Of a stretch of DNA of 64,000 nt, positions 1-9,473 are shown one piece after another. This DNA comes from a virus (taxonomy: Duplodnaviria > Caudoviricetes), in IMG/VR virus record IMGVR_UViG_3300018430_000021, positions 64,001-128,000 of that record. One strand, written 5' to 3'. Below the pieces are notes generated by a model, which saw only the letters and a list, made by a program, of their open reading frames with translations, was not told where the DNA came from and searched no databases. The translations under genes were made by a program, and so were the position numbers. Position 1 is the stretch's first letter. Each line of letters opens with the position of its first letter.

Positions 1-235
1 ACAGATGGAAGTTATATGCTTTAGCTCCGGGTGACGTTATCCAGCATAACGGGACGAGGATTACTATCCCCGACATTTCCAAGCTGTAGCGTGACGACCA
101 AAAGGAATTCGCTTGCAAGAAACTGACCAACGACCTGATGACCCTGGTAACTCTGGAGAAAAATCTTTCTTAAAAGTCCTTTACGAATTCTTCGCGAATA
201 ACTATATTTGAAATATCAACAAGAGGTTAATAACA

Positions 236-376
236 ATGTTTTTAAATTTCCTTTCAAAAGAAGCTCGCGAAGCACTGCGAGATGCTAACGGCCTTAAGCT
301 TCCTGAACCGGTTGTAACCGGGGTAACTCATCAGACTTTCATCCAGAACATGATTCGTAACGGGAGGAAGCGTTAA
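236..376 (+). CDS. small early hypothetical protein (46 aa, MFLNFLSKEARE...)
   Basis: Promoter at 180, GAGG RBS; stop overlaps the next ATG (TAATG). Confidence 0.75.
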   Translation: MFLNFLSKEAREALRDANGLKLPEPVVTGVTHQTFIQNMIRNGRKR

Positions 377-819
377 TGTTCCACATGGAGACCGTTACCA
401 AGCCGATGACGAAGAAAGAACTTCGTGAACTGAATTACGATGCGACAGAATGCTTGTATCTTTTGCTGTGGCGTCTTTTCGACGATCAGAAGGTACAAAC
501 TGAACTGGCCGACGAATATGCTCGTTTCGTGAAAGAAAACAACCGTATTTCCAGGCATCTGTCCGACATCATGCAGCGTGATACAAGACGCAGGGATAAG
601 TGGTTCTGGCCGGTAAGACAAAACCCGAATACGACCAAAGAAGAAAGAATGCTCGCCTTTACCAAGTGTATCAAGGCTTTTCATTACGAGATGAAACGTT
701 ATGAAGCCGTGCTCGCGAAGCATTTCGACAAGATTCTCAAATACTGCGAAGAAAACAAAATCGACTTGAACCAGTACAAGAACCCGCCTTACTGGCGTAA
801 CTGGAAGGAGAAAGACTAA
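376..819 (+). CDS. early hypothetical protein, paralogue of 819-1226
   Basis: Coupled ORF; TKPMTKKEL and DKWFWPV..TKEERMLAFTK motifs are shared with the next gene. Confidence 0.85.
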   Translation: MFHMETVTKPMTKKELRELNYDATECLYLLLWRLFDDQKVQTELADEYARFVKENNRISRHLSDIMQRDTRRRDKWFWPVRQNPNTTKEERMLAFTKCIKAFHYEMKRYEAVLAKHFDKILKYCEENKIDLNQYKNPPYWRNWKEKD

Positions 820-1226
820 TGTTTTCCGAACAGAACATAACTAAGGCGATGAGTCAGAAAGAACTTATGGCCTTCGTAAGAGACATGTTTGAACATGACC
901 TTCTACTTGACCTCCTGTGTGTCATCAAGAACGAAGACATCAAAACCAAATTTCCTGAAGAACACAAACGCCTCGAATCCGAATGGGAAAAAATCCATCA
1001 CGTGGAGATGTATATCAGCGAGGTGTGTGCACGTGTCATGGAAAAATGGTTCTGGCCTGTATATTGGAACAGTTCCAAGACCAAAGAGGACAAGCTTCTG
1101 GCATATACCAAGATGATTATGTTCAGAAAGAACCGGATGAATCGTTTGAACAAGGTTCTTTACCACCGTTATAAGAATATAGTCGATTATGGCAGGGCAA
1201 CTGGCCTGTTTGCCTCCAGGTGTTAA
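819..1226 (+). CDS. early hypothetical protein, paralogue of 376-819
   Basis: TAATG coupling; TKAMSQKEL and EKWFWPV..TKEDKLLAYTK motifs. Confidence 0.85.
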   Translation: MFSEQNITKAMSQKELMAFVRDMFEHDLLLDLLCVIKNEDIKTKFPEEHKRLESEWEKIHHVEMYISEVCARVMEKWFWPVYWNSSKTKEDKLLAYTKMIMFRKNRMNRLNKVLYHRYKNIVDYGRATGLFASRC

Positions 1227-1353
1227 CCTCATGAGGGGACCAGAGGCGGGCTCGGTTAGTTCCGTCTCTGGTCGCTTGAATTTAAAATTCTTATCTTTTA
1301 CCGTTTACAATATCTTTAGAATTTTCTATATTGATAATATCAAGAGGTTAACA

Positions 1354-1488
1354 ATGAAAACAAAAAGATTTTCCACATTCGATGTCATCTTAATCACTGC
1401 ATTCCTGTTCTTCCTGTACATTACCGGTCTTTGGAAGATTGTCGCCTTAATCGTGTTCATTCTTTTTGTCTGCTGGATGATGTCGTAA
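1354..1488 (+). CDS. small membrane protein (44 aa)
   Basis: Promoter 1304 plus RBS; two hydrophobic stretches. Confidence 0.75.
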   Translation: MKTKRFSTFDVILITAFLFFLYITGLWKIVALIVFILFVCWMMS

Positions 1489-1874
1489 TGATTACAGTAC
1501 AGATTAAAGTCAAGTGGTATGATTATTGGACCAAGAAATATGGTCCGAAACAGCAACACTATTCTTCCATCGTGGGCGAAAACACAAAGCTTGATACAGA
1601 TGAATATGAATCCGATGGCGTATTTTGTTTGAAGGTATCTGCAGACTGGAAGGTCCAGCCAAAGGAATGGTTTAAAAACTCCGGCGGTAATAATGGCATC
1701 TATAGCGGTGCTAACTGCAGACAGTATCTTCAGTTCTGGGATGGAAAAAAGCTGTTGAAGGAATTCGAATGGAAAGAAAGGCCCGGCAAGGAAGGCTTAC
1801 TGGCCCAGAAGGTTCATATCGAGAACTGGATTAAGCAGTGCATCGAGCTCAGTAAGGTGGACATATTGAAATAA
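1488..1874 (+). CDS. early hypothetical protein (start MITVQ)
   Basis: TAATG coupling to the upstream gene. Confidence 0.75.
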   Translation: MITVQIKVKWYDYWTKKYGPKQQHYSSIVGENTKLDTDEYESDGVFCLKVSADWKVQPKEWFKNSGGNNGIYSGANCRQYLQFWDGKKLLKEFEWKERPGKEGLLAQKVHIENWIKQCIELSKVDILK

Positions 1875-1881
1875 AATTTAT

Positions 1882-2422
1882 TTCTTTTCCACTTTACAAC
1901 TTCCAAATAATTTCCTATATTATAAGCATCAACAAGAGAGGTTATTATGGCAAAGATTGATTTGACAAAGTATGAACGACAGATTGACCAGCTGGTTGAT
2001 GAAGCTATTGACTGCGTAACGACGAATGCTCTCGGAATTAAGGGTGATATAGAAGATTCTCAAATTAAAGACTACAACGAGGTTTATCAACAGATTCAAG
2101 ACTATCTGGCCGAGAAGTGGCACAAGGCTAAGGTCGAACGTGAAATGAAGATTAAGCTGGCCAAGGTCGAGCAGGATGTGAAAGAAAATCTCAAGACCCG
2201 TGCAGAAGATGGTATCGTTTCGTTCCGTTCGACTGAAGAAGCTCTTAAGGCTGAAAAGCTTTTGAAAGATAAAGGCTATGAAACCAAGATGTATTGGGAC
2301 CGTGGCTGGGAAAATGTCGAATACTGGATTAACTGGAAGACAGGAAAGTTGAACAAATAAAATTCTTCTTTTCCACTTTACAACTTCCAAATAATTTCCT
2401 ATATTATAAGCATCAACAAGAG
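1882..2422 (+). repeat. 57-bp identical direct repeat (1882-1938 and 2366-2422) flanking gene 1947-2360
   Basis: ttcttttccactttacaacttccaaataatttcctatattataagcatcaacaagag occurs twice. Confidence 0.95.
1947..2360 (+). CDS. early hypothetical protein
   Basis: Own promoter and RBS, 137 aa. Confidence 0.85.
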   Translation: MAKIDLTKYERQIDQLVDEAIDCVTTNALGIKGDIEDSQIKDYNEVYQQIQDYLAEKWHKAKVEREMKIKLAKVEQDVKENLKTRAEDGIVSFRSTEEALKAEKLLKDKGYETKMYWDRGWENVEYWINWKTGKLNK

Positions 2423-2431
2423 GTTAACAAC

Positions 2432-2848
2432 ATGAAAACTTTCAACATCATCGCCAAAATCAAGAATATCTTCGCAAAGAAAGACTATACCGCTCTTCAG
2501 GTCGAAAACTTCGAAGAACACGGGTATGACCTGAAACTCTTGCGAGAAGGAAAGACTGTCTGGAAGGGCCAGCTCTGCAATACACGAGTCTGTTACGATT
2601 GTCATCTGGCTAAAAAGGCCATTGGGTTCTCTGACCGTCGCCAACCGAACATCAATACGAACTTTACCATGTTCTGGTGTGGAACCCCGGGTGCCGCGAC
2701 CGATACGATTGTTATCGGTAACTGGAGTCTTAACCTCGGAAGCTATCCGAAGGATAAGGTCGTGGAAATTCTTCGCAAGCACATCCCGGCGGACAACTTC
2801 TTCTCCGAACACGACAACGATTCTATCGAACGAGCTTTCAAAGTATAA
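2432..2848 (+). CDS. early hypothetical protein
   Basis: Own promoter and RBS, 138 aa. Confidence 0.85.
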   Translation: MKTFNIIAKIKNIFAKKDYTALQVENFEEHGYDLKLLREGKTVWKGQLCNTRVCYDCHLAKKAIGFSDRRQPNINTNFTMFWCGTPGAATDTIVIGNWSLNLGSYPKDKVVEILRKHIPADNFFSEHDNDSIERAFKV

Positions 2849-2861
2849 CGTTAACCTCGAG

Positions 2862-2898
2862 ACCTTCGGGTTGGTCTAGGCTGGCCCGAAGGTTTTTT
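2862..2898 (+). terminator. intrinsic terminator
   Basis: accttcgggt...gcccgaaggt stem plus T run. Confidence 0.8.
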
Positions 2899-2966
2899 CT
2901 CTTCTTTTTATGTTGACATCTTCTGGATATTTTTCTATATTATGAATATCATCAAGAGGTTAACAT

Positions 2967-3458
2967 ATGAAAAACAATCAAATCAACATTTTCGAACTCA
3001 TCTCCAGAATCAACGACGATTACGGTAATATCGTTTATATCGCTCGTAGTTTCCCTTCTGTCGACGTGAAGATCGTTGACGACAAGGACAACACCAAGGT
3101 CGTTATCAGGTCTTATGACTCTAACAACAGTGAATCTCCGGTTGGTAACTTGACTATTACATGGAACGACAAAGAATCTCGTCCTAAATATCATCTGGTC
3201 GGTTACACGGAACAGACTTCGGACGGTGAAACAACCAAGTACGACGATTTGGACTGGAAAGACGTTGACTTGTACACTGTTATCGGTCAGGTCATATCTG
3301 TTCTTTCTCCGGGTGACGAACCGAATGGTGACGATGATCCGGAAAACTGGGAATCTGGTATGAACCCGGATGAATACCTCCAGGATTGTGTAAACAATCG
3401 TACCGGAATCTACAAGGGAATCAACTCCAAGACTGTTCTCTCGACCCCGTGGAACTAA
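2967..3458 (+). CDS. early acidic hypothetical protein
   Basis: Own promoter and RBS, 163 aa. Confidence 0.85.
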   Translation: MKNNQINIFELISRINDDYGNIVYIARSFPSVDVKIVDDKDNTKVVIRSYDSNNSESPVGNLTITWNDKESRPKYHLVGYTEQTSDGETTKYDDLDWKDVDLYTVIGQVISVLSPGDEPNGDDDPENWESGMNPDEYLQDCVNNRTGIYKGINSKTVLSTPWN

Positions 3459-3465
3459 AGAAAAG

Positions 3466-3490
3466 AACCGGGGAAACCCGGTTTATTTTT
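3466..3490 (+). terminator. intrinsic terminator
   Basis: AACCGGG-GAAA-CCCGGTT plus T-rich tail. Confidence 0.85.
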
Positions 3491-3558
3491 CTCTTCTTTT
3501 TATGTTTACATCTTCTGGATATTTTTCTATATTATGAATATCAACAAGAGGTTAACAT

Positions 3559-3909
3559 ATGAACGAAATTAAACTTGACTGTCATTCCATGGAAAACCAG
3601 ATTCTTTCGCTTCAGGAAGAGATGAATCGTTTAAAACACAAGGGCGAGGTGGTTATCGCCATTCCCGAAATCAACGAGATGAATCCGCTTGTATTCCTGG
3701 ACATGGCCGACATCGAGAAGCGGGGTAGACATTGGTCGGTAACTTTACAGTTCGATAAGTGCTATGCACGAATCGTCGACAACTGCCGAATCCTGTTCGT
3801 ACACTTCGATGATTACTACATGGGCGGACGTAGAGAAGAACTCGTACCGTACCACAGCGACGAAGAACTTGTCGAAGAGTTCAAGAAGCATGTCGAATTC
3901 CTCAAGTAA
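3559..3909 (+). CDS. early hypothetical protein
   Basis: Own promoter and RBS. Confidence 0.85.
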   Translation: MNEIKLDCHSMENQILSLQEEMNRLKHKGEVVIAIPEINEMNPLVFLDMADIEKRGRHWSVTLQFDKCYARIVDNCRILFVHFDDYYMGGRREELVPYHSDEELVEEFKKHVEFLK

Positions 3910-4035
3910 GGGGGTTTACAGATTGGGCACATTTTTCTATATTTGTGCCCGTCTGAAATAAAATTCCTAAATAATCTTCTTTACAAGATTTGCGGAATTT
4001 TCTATATTATGAACATAACAAAAAGGAATTAACAA

Positions 4036-4395
4036 ATGAAAAAAATCATCATCTTCGCTCTTCTCATCGTTTCTATCGCTTTCGCTTCTGAAACCGACAA
4101 GGGAATCGTAAACGTTACCAAGAACAAGTACGGGACTGAAATGTCCTTCTGGCCGAATACGAGCCTCGAAGGTATCGGCCATGTCTATTCCATCGTGTTG
4201 AACGATTGCGAAGGTTTCAAGTCGGTGGAAATCAAGTTCATGGACGGAACCGTCCAGTATTACTCTTTCGACGAGGAAAAGATGCCTTCTGTTACAACCA
4301 AGTCCGAAGACAGGGTTCTTTCCTGGGAATCTCTTACCTTGCCGAAGTTTATGAAGGAATGGAATCGTTACCTGTCATTCTTCAAGAACGTGTAA
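4036..4395 (+). CDS. exported protein with signal peptide
   Basis: MKKIIIFALLIVSIAFA|SE Sec-type signal; own promoter. Confidence 0.8.
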   Translation: MKKIIIFALLIVSIAFASETDKGIVNVTKNKYGTEMSFWPNTSLEGIGHVYSIVLNDCEGFKSVEIKFMDGTVQYYSFDEEKMPSVTTKSEDRVLSWESLTLPKFMKEWNRYLSFFKNV

Positions 4396-4418
4396 GTTTA
4401 GCTTAACCTCGATGATGG

Positions 4419-4450
4419 ACCGCTGGGCATGGGCGCCTGGCGGTCTTTTT
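4419..4450 (+). terminator. intrinsic terminator
   Basis: gaccgctgggc...gcctggcggtc plus T run. Confidence 0.75.
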
Positions 4451-4664
4451 CATTTTATACTCATATATTTTCTATCTTATATTCACTCCATATTTGAGTT
4501 GTGGAGAGAGTTTTATAATAGAGTAAGATGTTTATACTCGTTATAAAAAGAGTCTTTAAAATGATTTTCTTTCGTGAGTCCATACAAGAAAAATTCTTAT
4601 ATTTTCTAGTTGACAAAAACCAAATCTTTTTCTATATTATAAGTATCAACAAGAGAGGTTAACA

Positions 4665-4961
4665 ATGTCAAGAGCACGTCATGCAGTCAAACGTTTCACG
4701 CCGGACTTCTGCTGTGAAGCACATATCATCGCATACAGCGGTTTGTTCGGAAAAGAAATCCATCAGACATTGACAGTCTACGGTGACTATGCCGACAACG
4801 AACGGGCGAAGAAGATGCTCAAGCTGAAGATGGAACGGAAGATAAAGAAAGAATATCCGGGCTTCCGCAGTTACGTTTCCTGCAAGTTCTACAAGCATAT
4901 CAAGGGAATGTTCGGTTTCTGCTTCGGCGATAAAGAAGGCGTCGATTACGAGGAGATTTAA
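4665..4961 (+). CDS. early hypothetical protein
   Basis: Promoter 4610 plus RBS. Confidence 0.8.
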   Translation: MSRARHAVKRFTPDFCCEAHIIAYSGLFGKEIHQTLTVYGDYADNERAKKMLKLKMERKIKKEYPGFRSYVSCKFYKHIKGMFGFCFGDKEGVDYEEI

Positions 4962-5350
4962 TGATACCAGAATATATGATGACACGCGAAGAACGTTACC
5001 ATTATCAAATGGAAATGGAAGAAAGAGAAAATTCTGAACGCATCAAAGATCTTTCTGTCGATTATTCATCTATCAAGGAAGAAATCAAGAAACTTAACGA
5101 TGAATTTGACACACTCAAGACATATATCAGCGATGTTGTTTATTACCCCGCGGTAAACGTTCGCGATCCAAAGATCGAAATTAAACGCGAAGCACGTCAA
5201 TGGGCTGCAGTTTTTACATTCGGTAATCGTAGAGCTTATATCTACACAACTGGCGTAGTCAAGTTTATCAACTCAAAAGGTAATGAAAAACGTGTTAAAT
5301 TCAAAACCCGTGGTGAATTAAAGGATGCATTCATCAGAGAGTATAAATGA
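4961..5350 (+). CDS. early hypothetical protein
   Basis: GAGGAG RBS, TAATG coupling. Confidence 0.8.
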   Translation: MIPEYMMTREERYHYQMEMEERENSERIKDLSVDYSSIKEEIKKLNDEFDTLKTYISDVVYYPAVNVRDPKIEIKREARQWAAVFTFGNRRAYIYTTGVVKFINSKGNEKRVKFKTRGELKDAFIREYK

Positions 5351-5643
5351 GTAAGTTCATCATCGTGAATCCCAAGACCGGGAAACCGGTCCAGATTAAC
5401 GGCTATGTGAACAAGATCCGTAAGCTCGGGGAAGTAACCACCGACAAGAATGGCCAGCCCTGTCTGAACTTTATCCGCGTCTGTGACTGTTACGGCCCGA
5501 AAGGTTACATTTCCGGTGCTTATACTGTATTGGTCGAGGGCCAGACTAAAGGAATCAAGCCTGATACAGTAGAGAAGCTTAACCAGGTTCGCGAGCAGAT
5601 CTGGAAAAAACTTATAGAAAAGAACGGCTTACAATCCCTGTAG
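5347..5643 (+). CDS. early hypothetical protein
   Basis: ATGA overlap. Confidence 0.8.
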   Translation: MSKFIIVNPKTGKPVQINGYVNKIRKLGEVTTDKNGQPCLNFIRVCDCYGPKGYISGAYTVLVEGQTKGIKPDTVEKLNQVREQIWKKLIEKNGLQSL

Positions 5644-5675
5644 GTTTTTCTATATTTTAATCAAGAGGTTAAAAC

Positions 5676-5903
5676 ATGAGCAGACAACGCAGTAATCAAT
5701 CCGAATGGAAACGTGACTGTAACCGTTCCCAGCGCCGTTCCAACAAGCAAACGCTTACTTCTATGGACAAAGAGAACGATGACCCGAAAGTAATCAACCA
5801 TTACAAGGAAACGAGACGGGGAGACATCTGGTGCTCGCCTAACGACGGATGGAACTGGCGCCGTGGCCGTGGACACGATAAGAAAAAGCCCTGGAGAGAC
5901 TAA
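5676..5903 (+). CDS. small Arg-rich protein
   Basis: Promoter 5628 plus GAGGTTAA RBS. Confidence 0.75.
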   Translation: MSRQRSNQSEWKRDCNRSQRRSNKQTLTSMDKENDDPKVINHYKETRRGDIWCSPNDGWNWRRGRGHDKKKPWRD

Positions 5904-6232
5904 TGAACAAGTTCGAAGCAAGAAACGTAGCAAGCGAAAACGGCTGGAATGAATGGGGAACCAATCCCAAGTTCTGTGTAAAAGTTCCAGAAGGTAATCT
6001 TCGCGTACATATTCAAATCGGGTATGAACTGAGCTTTGATAATTCGTCAGATGATGAAGTCAGTCTGGTGATGGAAATTCATAAGCCGAGCTCCGCCCAT
6101 CCGCCTGTAGCCAGCCGCAGATGCTGTCTCCGGTACATGGATGAATCCTACTTCAAGAACTGGCTAGAATCCGAATCCAGAGAACTCCTCGAAATCGGCC
6201 AGAACCAGAGCAGAAAGGGAGAACTCCCGTAA
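5903..6232 (+). CDS. early hypothetical protein
   Basis: TAATG coupling, GGAG RBS. Confidence 0.8.
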   Translation: MNKFEARNVASENGWNEWGTNPKFCVKVPEGNLRVHIQIGYELSFDNSSDDEVSLVMEIHKPSSAHPPVASRRCCLRYMDESYFKNWLESESRELLEIGQNQSRKGELP

Positions 6233-6307
6233 GGTTTATTTCTAACCTTTCTTGTTTACGTTTACTGTATGGATTGCTATATTATAAACATAACAAGAGA
6301 GGTTAGC

Positions 6308-6415
6308 ATGGACTTAAATATTCTTTCTATCGCACTGATGTTCGCAGCTGTCGTCTACGGTGTTCGTGTCGCGAACCAGGAATTTGACGAGGCCGAAAAG
6401 AACAGGACAAAATAG
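6308..6415 (+). CDS. small membrane peptide (35 aa, MDLNILSIALMFAAVVYGV...)
   Basis: Promoter 6255 plus GAGAGG RBS; one hydrophobic segment; absent from the ORF track. Confidence 0.7.
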   Translation: MDLNILSIALMFAAVVYGVRVANQEFDEAEKNRTK

Positions 6416-6461
6416 CGAAAAGCCTCCGTTGATTCTTATATATAAGGCAATGGAGGTTCAT

Positions 6462-6617
6462 ATGGATTATGAAGAAGCTTATAACCGCCTGTTAGAGAAC
6501 GAGATCGCGACGTCCGAAGAAATAGAACTCGTTACAGAAATCAACGGAAAGAACATCGGTACGTTAACTGATATTCTCTTCGCGAGAACTGGCTCAAAGG
6601 ACTTTAACGAAATCTAG
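6462..6617 (+). CDS. small hypothetical protein (51 aa, MDYEEAY...)
   Basis: GGAGG RBS at 6452-6456. Confidence 0.7.
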   Translation: MDYEEAYNRLLENEIATSEEIELVTEINGKNIGTLTDILFARTGSKDFNEI

Positions 6618-6688
6618 TTCTTTTTCAGGCACGAGAGGCGAGGAGTAAAATCCTCGTCCTTTTCGTACCCAGAAGCTATAAATAACGC

Positions 6689-7159
6689 ATGAAGAATCCA
6701 ATCATTGTCAATCCCGACGCCAACCCAGAACTGGCCAGCTATCTGGCCGATATAGTAAAAGACTTTACCAGTTCTTTCCCCTGCACAAGAGATAACTGTG
6801 CACATATCAATCGCGAGCTTATGACCCAGCTCATAATGGAAGGAGAAACCCCCAAGCTGATTTATGGCCTGTACCGGGTAGATTCCTACCTCGGCTGGCT
6901 GGATGAGGACGATTTCACTGACGAGGAACTGGCCCAGATAGAAAAAGAATACGGTGGTAATAACCGCCACAGTCTGGAGGCATTCGTCCGCTCGCTACCA
7001 GAAAACGAACAGGAACAGTACCTGTATATTCCGCACTGGTTCTTACTCCTGGACGGTTTAATTCTGGACGCAGCTTCTGATATGTTCCAGCTTAAGGATA
7101 ATATCAAAAACAGTCCGGACCGTTACTATAGCGAGACTATGGAGCCGATACTGGACTAG
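6689..7159 (+). CDS. hypothetical protein under a late promoter
   Basis: TATAAATA at 6677-6684, 4 nt before the ATG. Confidence 0.8.
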   Translation: MKNPIIVNPDANPELASYLADIVKDFTSSFPCTRDNCAHINRELMTQLIMEGETPKLIYGLYRVDSYLGWLDEDDFTDEELAQIEKEYGGNNRHSLEAFVRSLPENEQEQYLYIPHWFLLLDGLILDAASDMFQLKDNIKNSPDRYYSETMEPILD

Positions 7160-7788
7160 TTATAGTCATAGTAGTATTTTTTACCGATTTCTTTACTGAG
7201 CCCGTAATCGACAATTACGGGCTTATAATCTATCATCCCGTACTGTTCAGAGCCGAACTCACAAAGGTCGTCACAGTCGAGGTCCGTAGCTAACAGCCGG
7301 TGAAGATTCTGGCCGAAGTCAGTAGCTAGAAACCGGCTATAGGCTGTTTCTATCAGATTCGGTGGCTTATTCCCGTCTGAAGCAAATAACCGGCCGATAC
7401 TGTCACCGATTTGTGTAGGTGATAGCTTAATCTGGTCCGATAGCTGGAGCCAGAACCTGTCATCAAATCTTTTCGCCCGCCGGGACCTAATCCAGCATCC
7501 GTCGCTGGCACAGTCCAGAACCTGGTTCAGGACCGGATTCTGCTGTTCGCTGTAAAAGCTGTCCTCGAACAGGTTCTGTTCCTGGCCCGGTCTGTTCCTG
7601 GCCAGTTTTAGCACCGACTCGTCGTCTACAGCCAGAACTATCCGGCCAGAACCTCGACCGATAAGTTTCAGCCGGTACTTACTGGACAGTTCCTTAACGA
7701 ACTGGTTCAGGTGATTGCTCGTCCTGTGCGGGTGCTGGAAGATTCTGTTCCGCGAATAGAACTGTTCTATTTCTTTCTCTATTTCCAT
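7156..7788 (-). CDS. protein kinase-like protein
   Basis: Gly-rich loop IGRGSGRIV, VLKLA (catalytic Lys), QN..E, and C-terminal PVIVDYGL (DFG equivalent). Confidence 0.7.
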   Translation of the reverse strand: MEIEKEIEQFYSRNRIFQHPHRTSNHLNQFVKELSSKYRLKLIGRGSGRIVLAVDDESVLKLARNRPGQEQNLFEDSFYSEQQNPVLNQVLDCASDGCWIRSRRAKRFDDRFWLQLSDQIKLSPTQIGDSIGRLFASDGNKPPNLIETAYSRFLATDFGQNLHRLLATDLDCDDLCEFGSEQYGMIDYKPVIVDYGLSKEIGKKYYYDYN

Positions 7789-7967
7789 CGCTGGTGATTC
7801 TTATAATCGTGCTCCGCTAACAGTTCATCGAATTCGGCGAGAAGCTTTGGCAACTGGTACTGGCGATAGTTACTGTCCTTTTCCTGGTCCCGTTGCCTGT
7901 TGTACCAGCGTTTGACAGCGAATATAACCACCAGGCCGATAATGACGACTGTTATGAATCCTAACAT
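7779..7967 (-). CDS. small membrane protein
   Basis: N-terminal hydrophobic helix; promoter at 8020. Confidence 0.75.
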   Translation of the reverse strand: MLGFITVVIIGLVVIFAVKRWYNRQRDQEKDSNYRQYQLPKLLAEFDELLAEHDYKNHQRWK

Positions 7968-8068
7968 TTATTACCTCTCGATACTGGCTATAATATAGCA
8001 ACAGTTCTCGCTTTCGTAAATAGGAAAAGGCCAGGATTTTACTCCCGGCCTTCCCGTATCGAGGTTAA

Positions 8069-8317
8069 CTAAACGCTTCCTTCCATCGATTTCATCCGGA
8101 CGTTATCCTCGGTCTCCGAAGCGAAACCCATGACGTAGTTTAACGCTTCGCCGTTTTCCGACTCGAAATGAATCGCATTCCCACGTTTTTCGTACCGTAC
8201 GAGGTCTATGTCCCCGTTATGTTCCGGATGTAGATTCCGATTGCGAAAGTCGTCGAGACCGGCCAGTTCATCGTAGGCTGCGTCTTCCGACGTATAGACG
8301 ATAAATCCCTTGAGCAT
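8069..8317 (-). CDS. early hypothetical protein
   Basis: GGAGG RBS, coupled to the upstream gene. Confidence 0.75.
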   Translation of the reverse strand: MLKGFIVYTSEDAAYDELAGLDDFRNRNLHPEHNGDIDLVRYEKRGNAIHFESENGEALNYVMGFASETEDNVRMKSMEGSV

Positions 8318-8574
8318 TACTTGCCTCCCTGGTAGAGCGAATTCAACTGGATAACTTCCTGGTAGTTGACGACGTTATGGAATACACGCCCATCGTCACA
8401 AATCAGGTTTAGAGCATAACCAATCTCGCTGTGGACGATATGCCCGACGCATTCCACGACATTTGGAATGATATACGTCTTCGGTTGTTTCAGGTCATTG
8501 TTGTCACAACCTGTCGAAACCAACGCGATTCCAGTGAGTACCAAAGCCATACCGGCGATTATAATCTTTTTCAT
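8317..8574 (-). CDS. putative lipoprotein
   Basis: MKKIIIAGMALVLTGIALVSTG|C lipobox-like signal; own promoter. Confidence 0.7.
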   Translation of the reverse strand: MKKIIIAGMALVLTGIALVSTGCDNNDLKQPKTYIIPNVVECVGHIVHSEIGYALNLICDDGRVFHNVVNYQEVIQLNSLYQGGK

Positions 8575-8648
8575 GTTTAACCTCTTTCGTTATATTCATA
8601 ATATAGAAATATTCGAACGTAACGTAAATGAAAATCTTAGAGAAGTTT

Positions 8649-8891
8649 TTAACAGCTGTGCACCGTCCAGAGCATGCAGGCCGTTGACTCGACCCATATC
8701 CTGTCAGACTTGAACTCTTCACGACGGGCGAATCTATCGTGCAATAGAGTGGCCGTTCCCAGCCAATTCTTCTGCTGGAGAATCTCCTCGACCTCTTCAG
8801 CCGATAAATGCTCCGCCCGGCCATCGTCTCCAGGGAATAGGCCAGCGAGCAGTTCCTTTCTTACTTCTGCGGTGAATTCTTCTTCGTTCAT
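8649..8891 (-). CDS. early hypothetical protein, probably leaderless (start MNEEE)
   Basis: TTGACG-N17-TATATT, 6 nt before the ATG, no SD. Confidence 0.7.
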   Translation of the reverse strand: MNEEEFTAEVRKELLAGLFPGDDGRAEHLSAEEVEEILQQKNWLGTATLLHDRFARREEFKSDRIWVESTACMLWTVHSC

Positions 8892-8941
8892 GACCATAAT
8901 ATAGAAATAACCGTCAGTTCCGTCAATAGGTAATTATCGGG

Positions 8942-9307
8942 TTATTTTCCCGGCAACGCATCGATAGCCAGCTCATTCTCCAGCCCGAGCAGACGCTGTA
9001 GCCAACCGTCACCGAATTTGACGATTTCCTGCAGGCGTAAATCTATCCGGCCGGCGTTAATATCGTTGAACGGTATCTGATAAACTCGGGTATCGAACCA
9101 GTCCTTCGCCGGCCCGGTATAGAGGATAAGCACAGCCTTCTGGTCCTGATCCCAGGACGGGCGATAATAACCTGTCCAGTCAACGTCCAGATTATAGACA
9201 ACGCCGGAAAGCTGGAGTCGTTTATTGATCTCGTCCAGCTTCTCGGCTATGTGCGACATAGGATAACCGGCCATAGACTTATCCCAACAGGCTACCGATT
9301 CCGCCAA
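8942..9307 (-). CDS. early hypothetical protein (start uncertain)
   Basis: 121-aa ORF downstream of 9279-9473. Confidence 0.65.
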   Translation of the reverse strand: MAESVACWDKSMAGYPMSHIAEKLDEINKRLQLSGVVYNLDVDWTGYYRPSWDQDQKAVLILYTGPAKDWFDTRVYQIPFNDINAGRIDLRLQEIVKFGDGWLQRLLGLENELAIDALPGK

Positions 9308-9473
9308 CTACCCAAGTCGCACCGTGAGCTACGTTAGATACGATTCCCGTAGCCAGAGCCACGATGGAGTTGACCGACCCGCAGAAGGAACCTGTCACGT
9401 TACTGTTGGTGGTCATGGCTCCGATACCGAACAGGACCAGAAGGACGATGATGAGAACTTTGAACTTTGTCAT
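9279..9473 (-). CDS. small membrane protein (start MTKFK)
   Basis: Promoter 9528 plus GAGAGG RBS; hydrophobic and Gly-rich. Confidence 0.75.
   Translation of the reverse strand: MTKFKVLIIVLLVLFGIGAMTTNSNVTGSFCGSVNSIVALATGIVSNVAHGATWVVGGIGSLLG

Larger units (their letters stand above)
2894..3563 (+). repeat. 78-bp direct repeat (2894-2971 and 3486-3563, 2 mismatches)
   Basis: Promoter+leader+ATGAA duplicated 592 bp apart. Confidence 0.95.

Noticed and set aside
3-173. In-frame TAG at 87-89 within an apparently continuous reading frame, suggesting TAG recoding
   Set aside because: Long late ORFs (up to 1664 aa) have no internal TAG and several genes end cleanly at TAG; more likely a true stop or a local nonsense mutation
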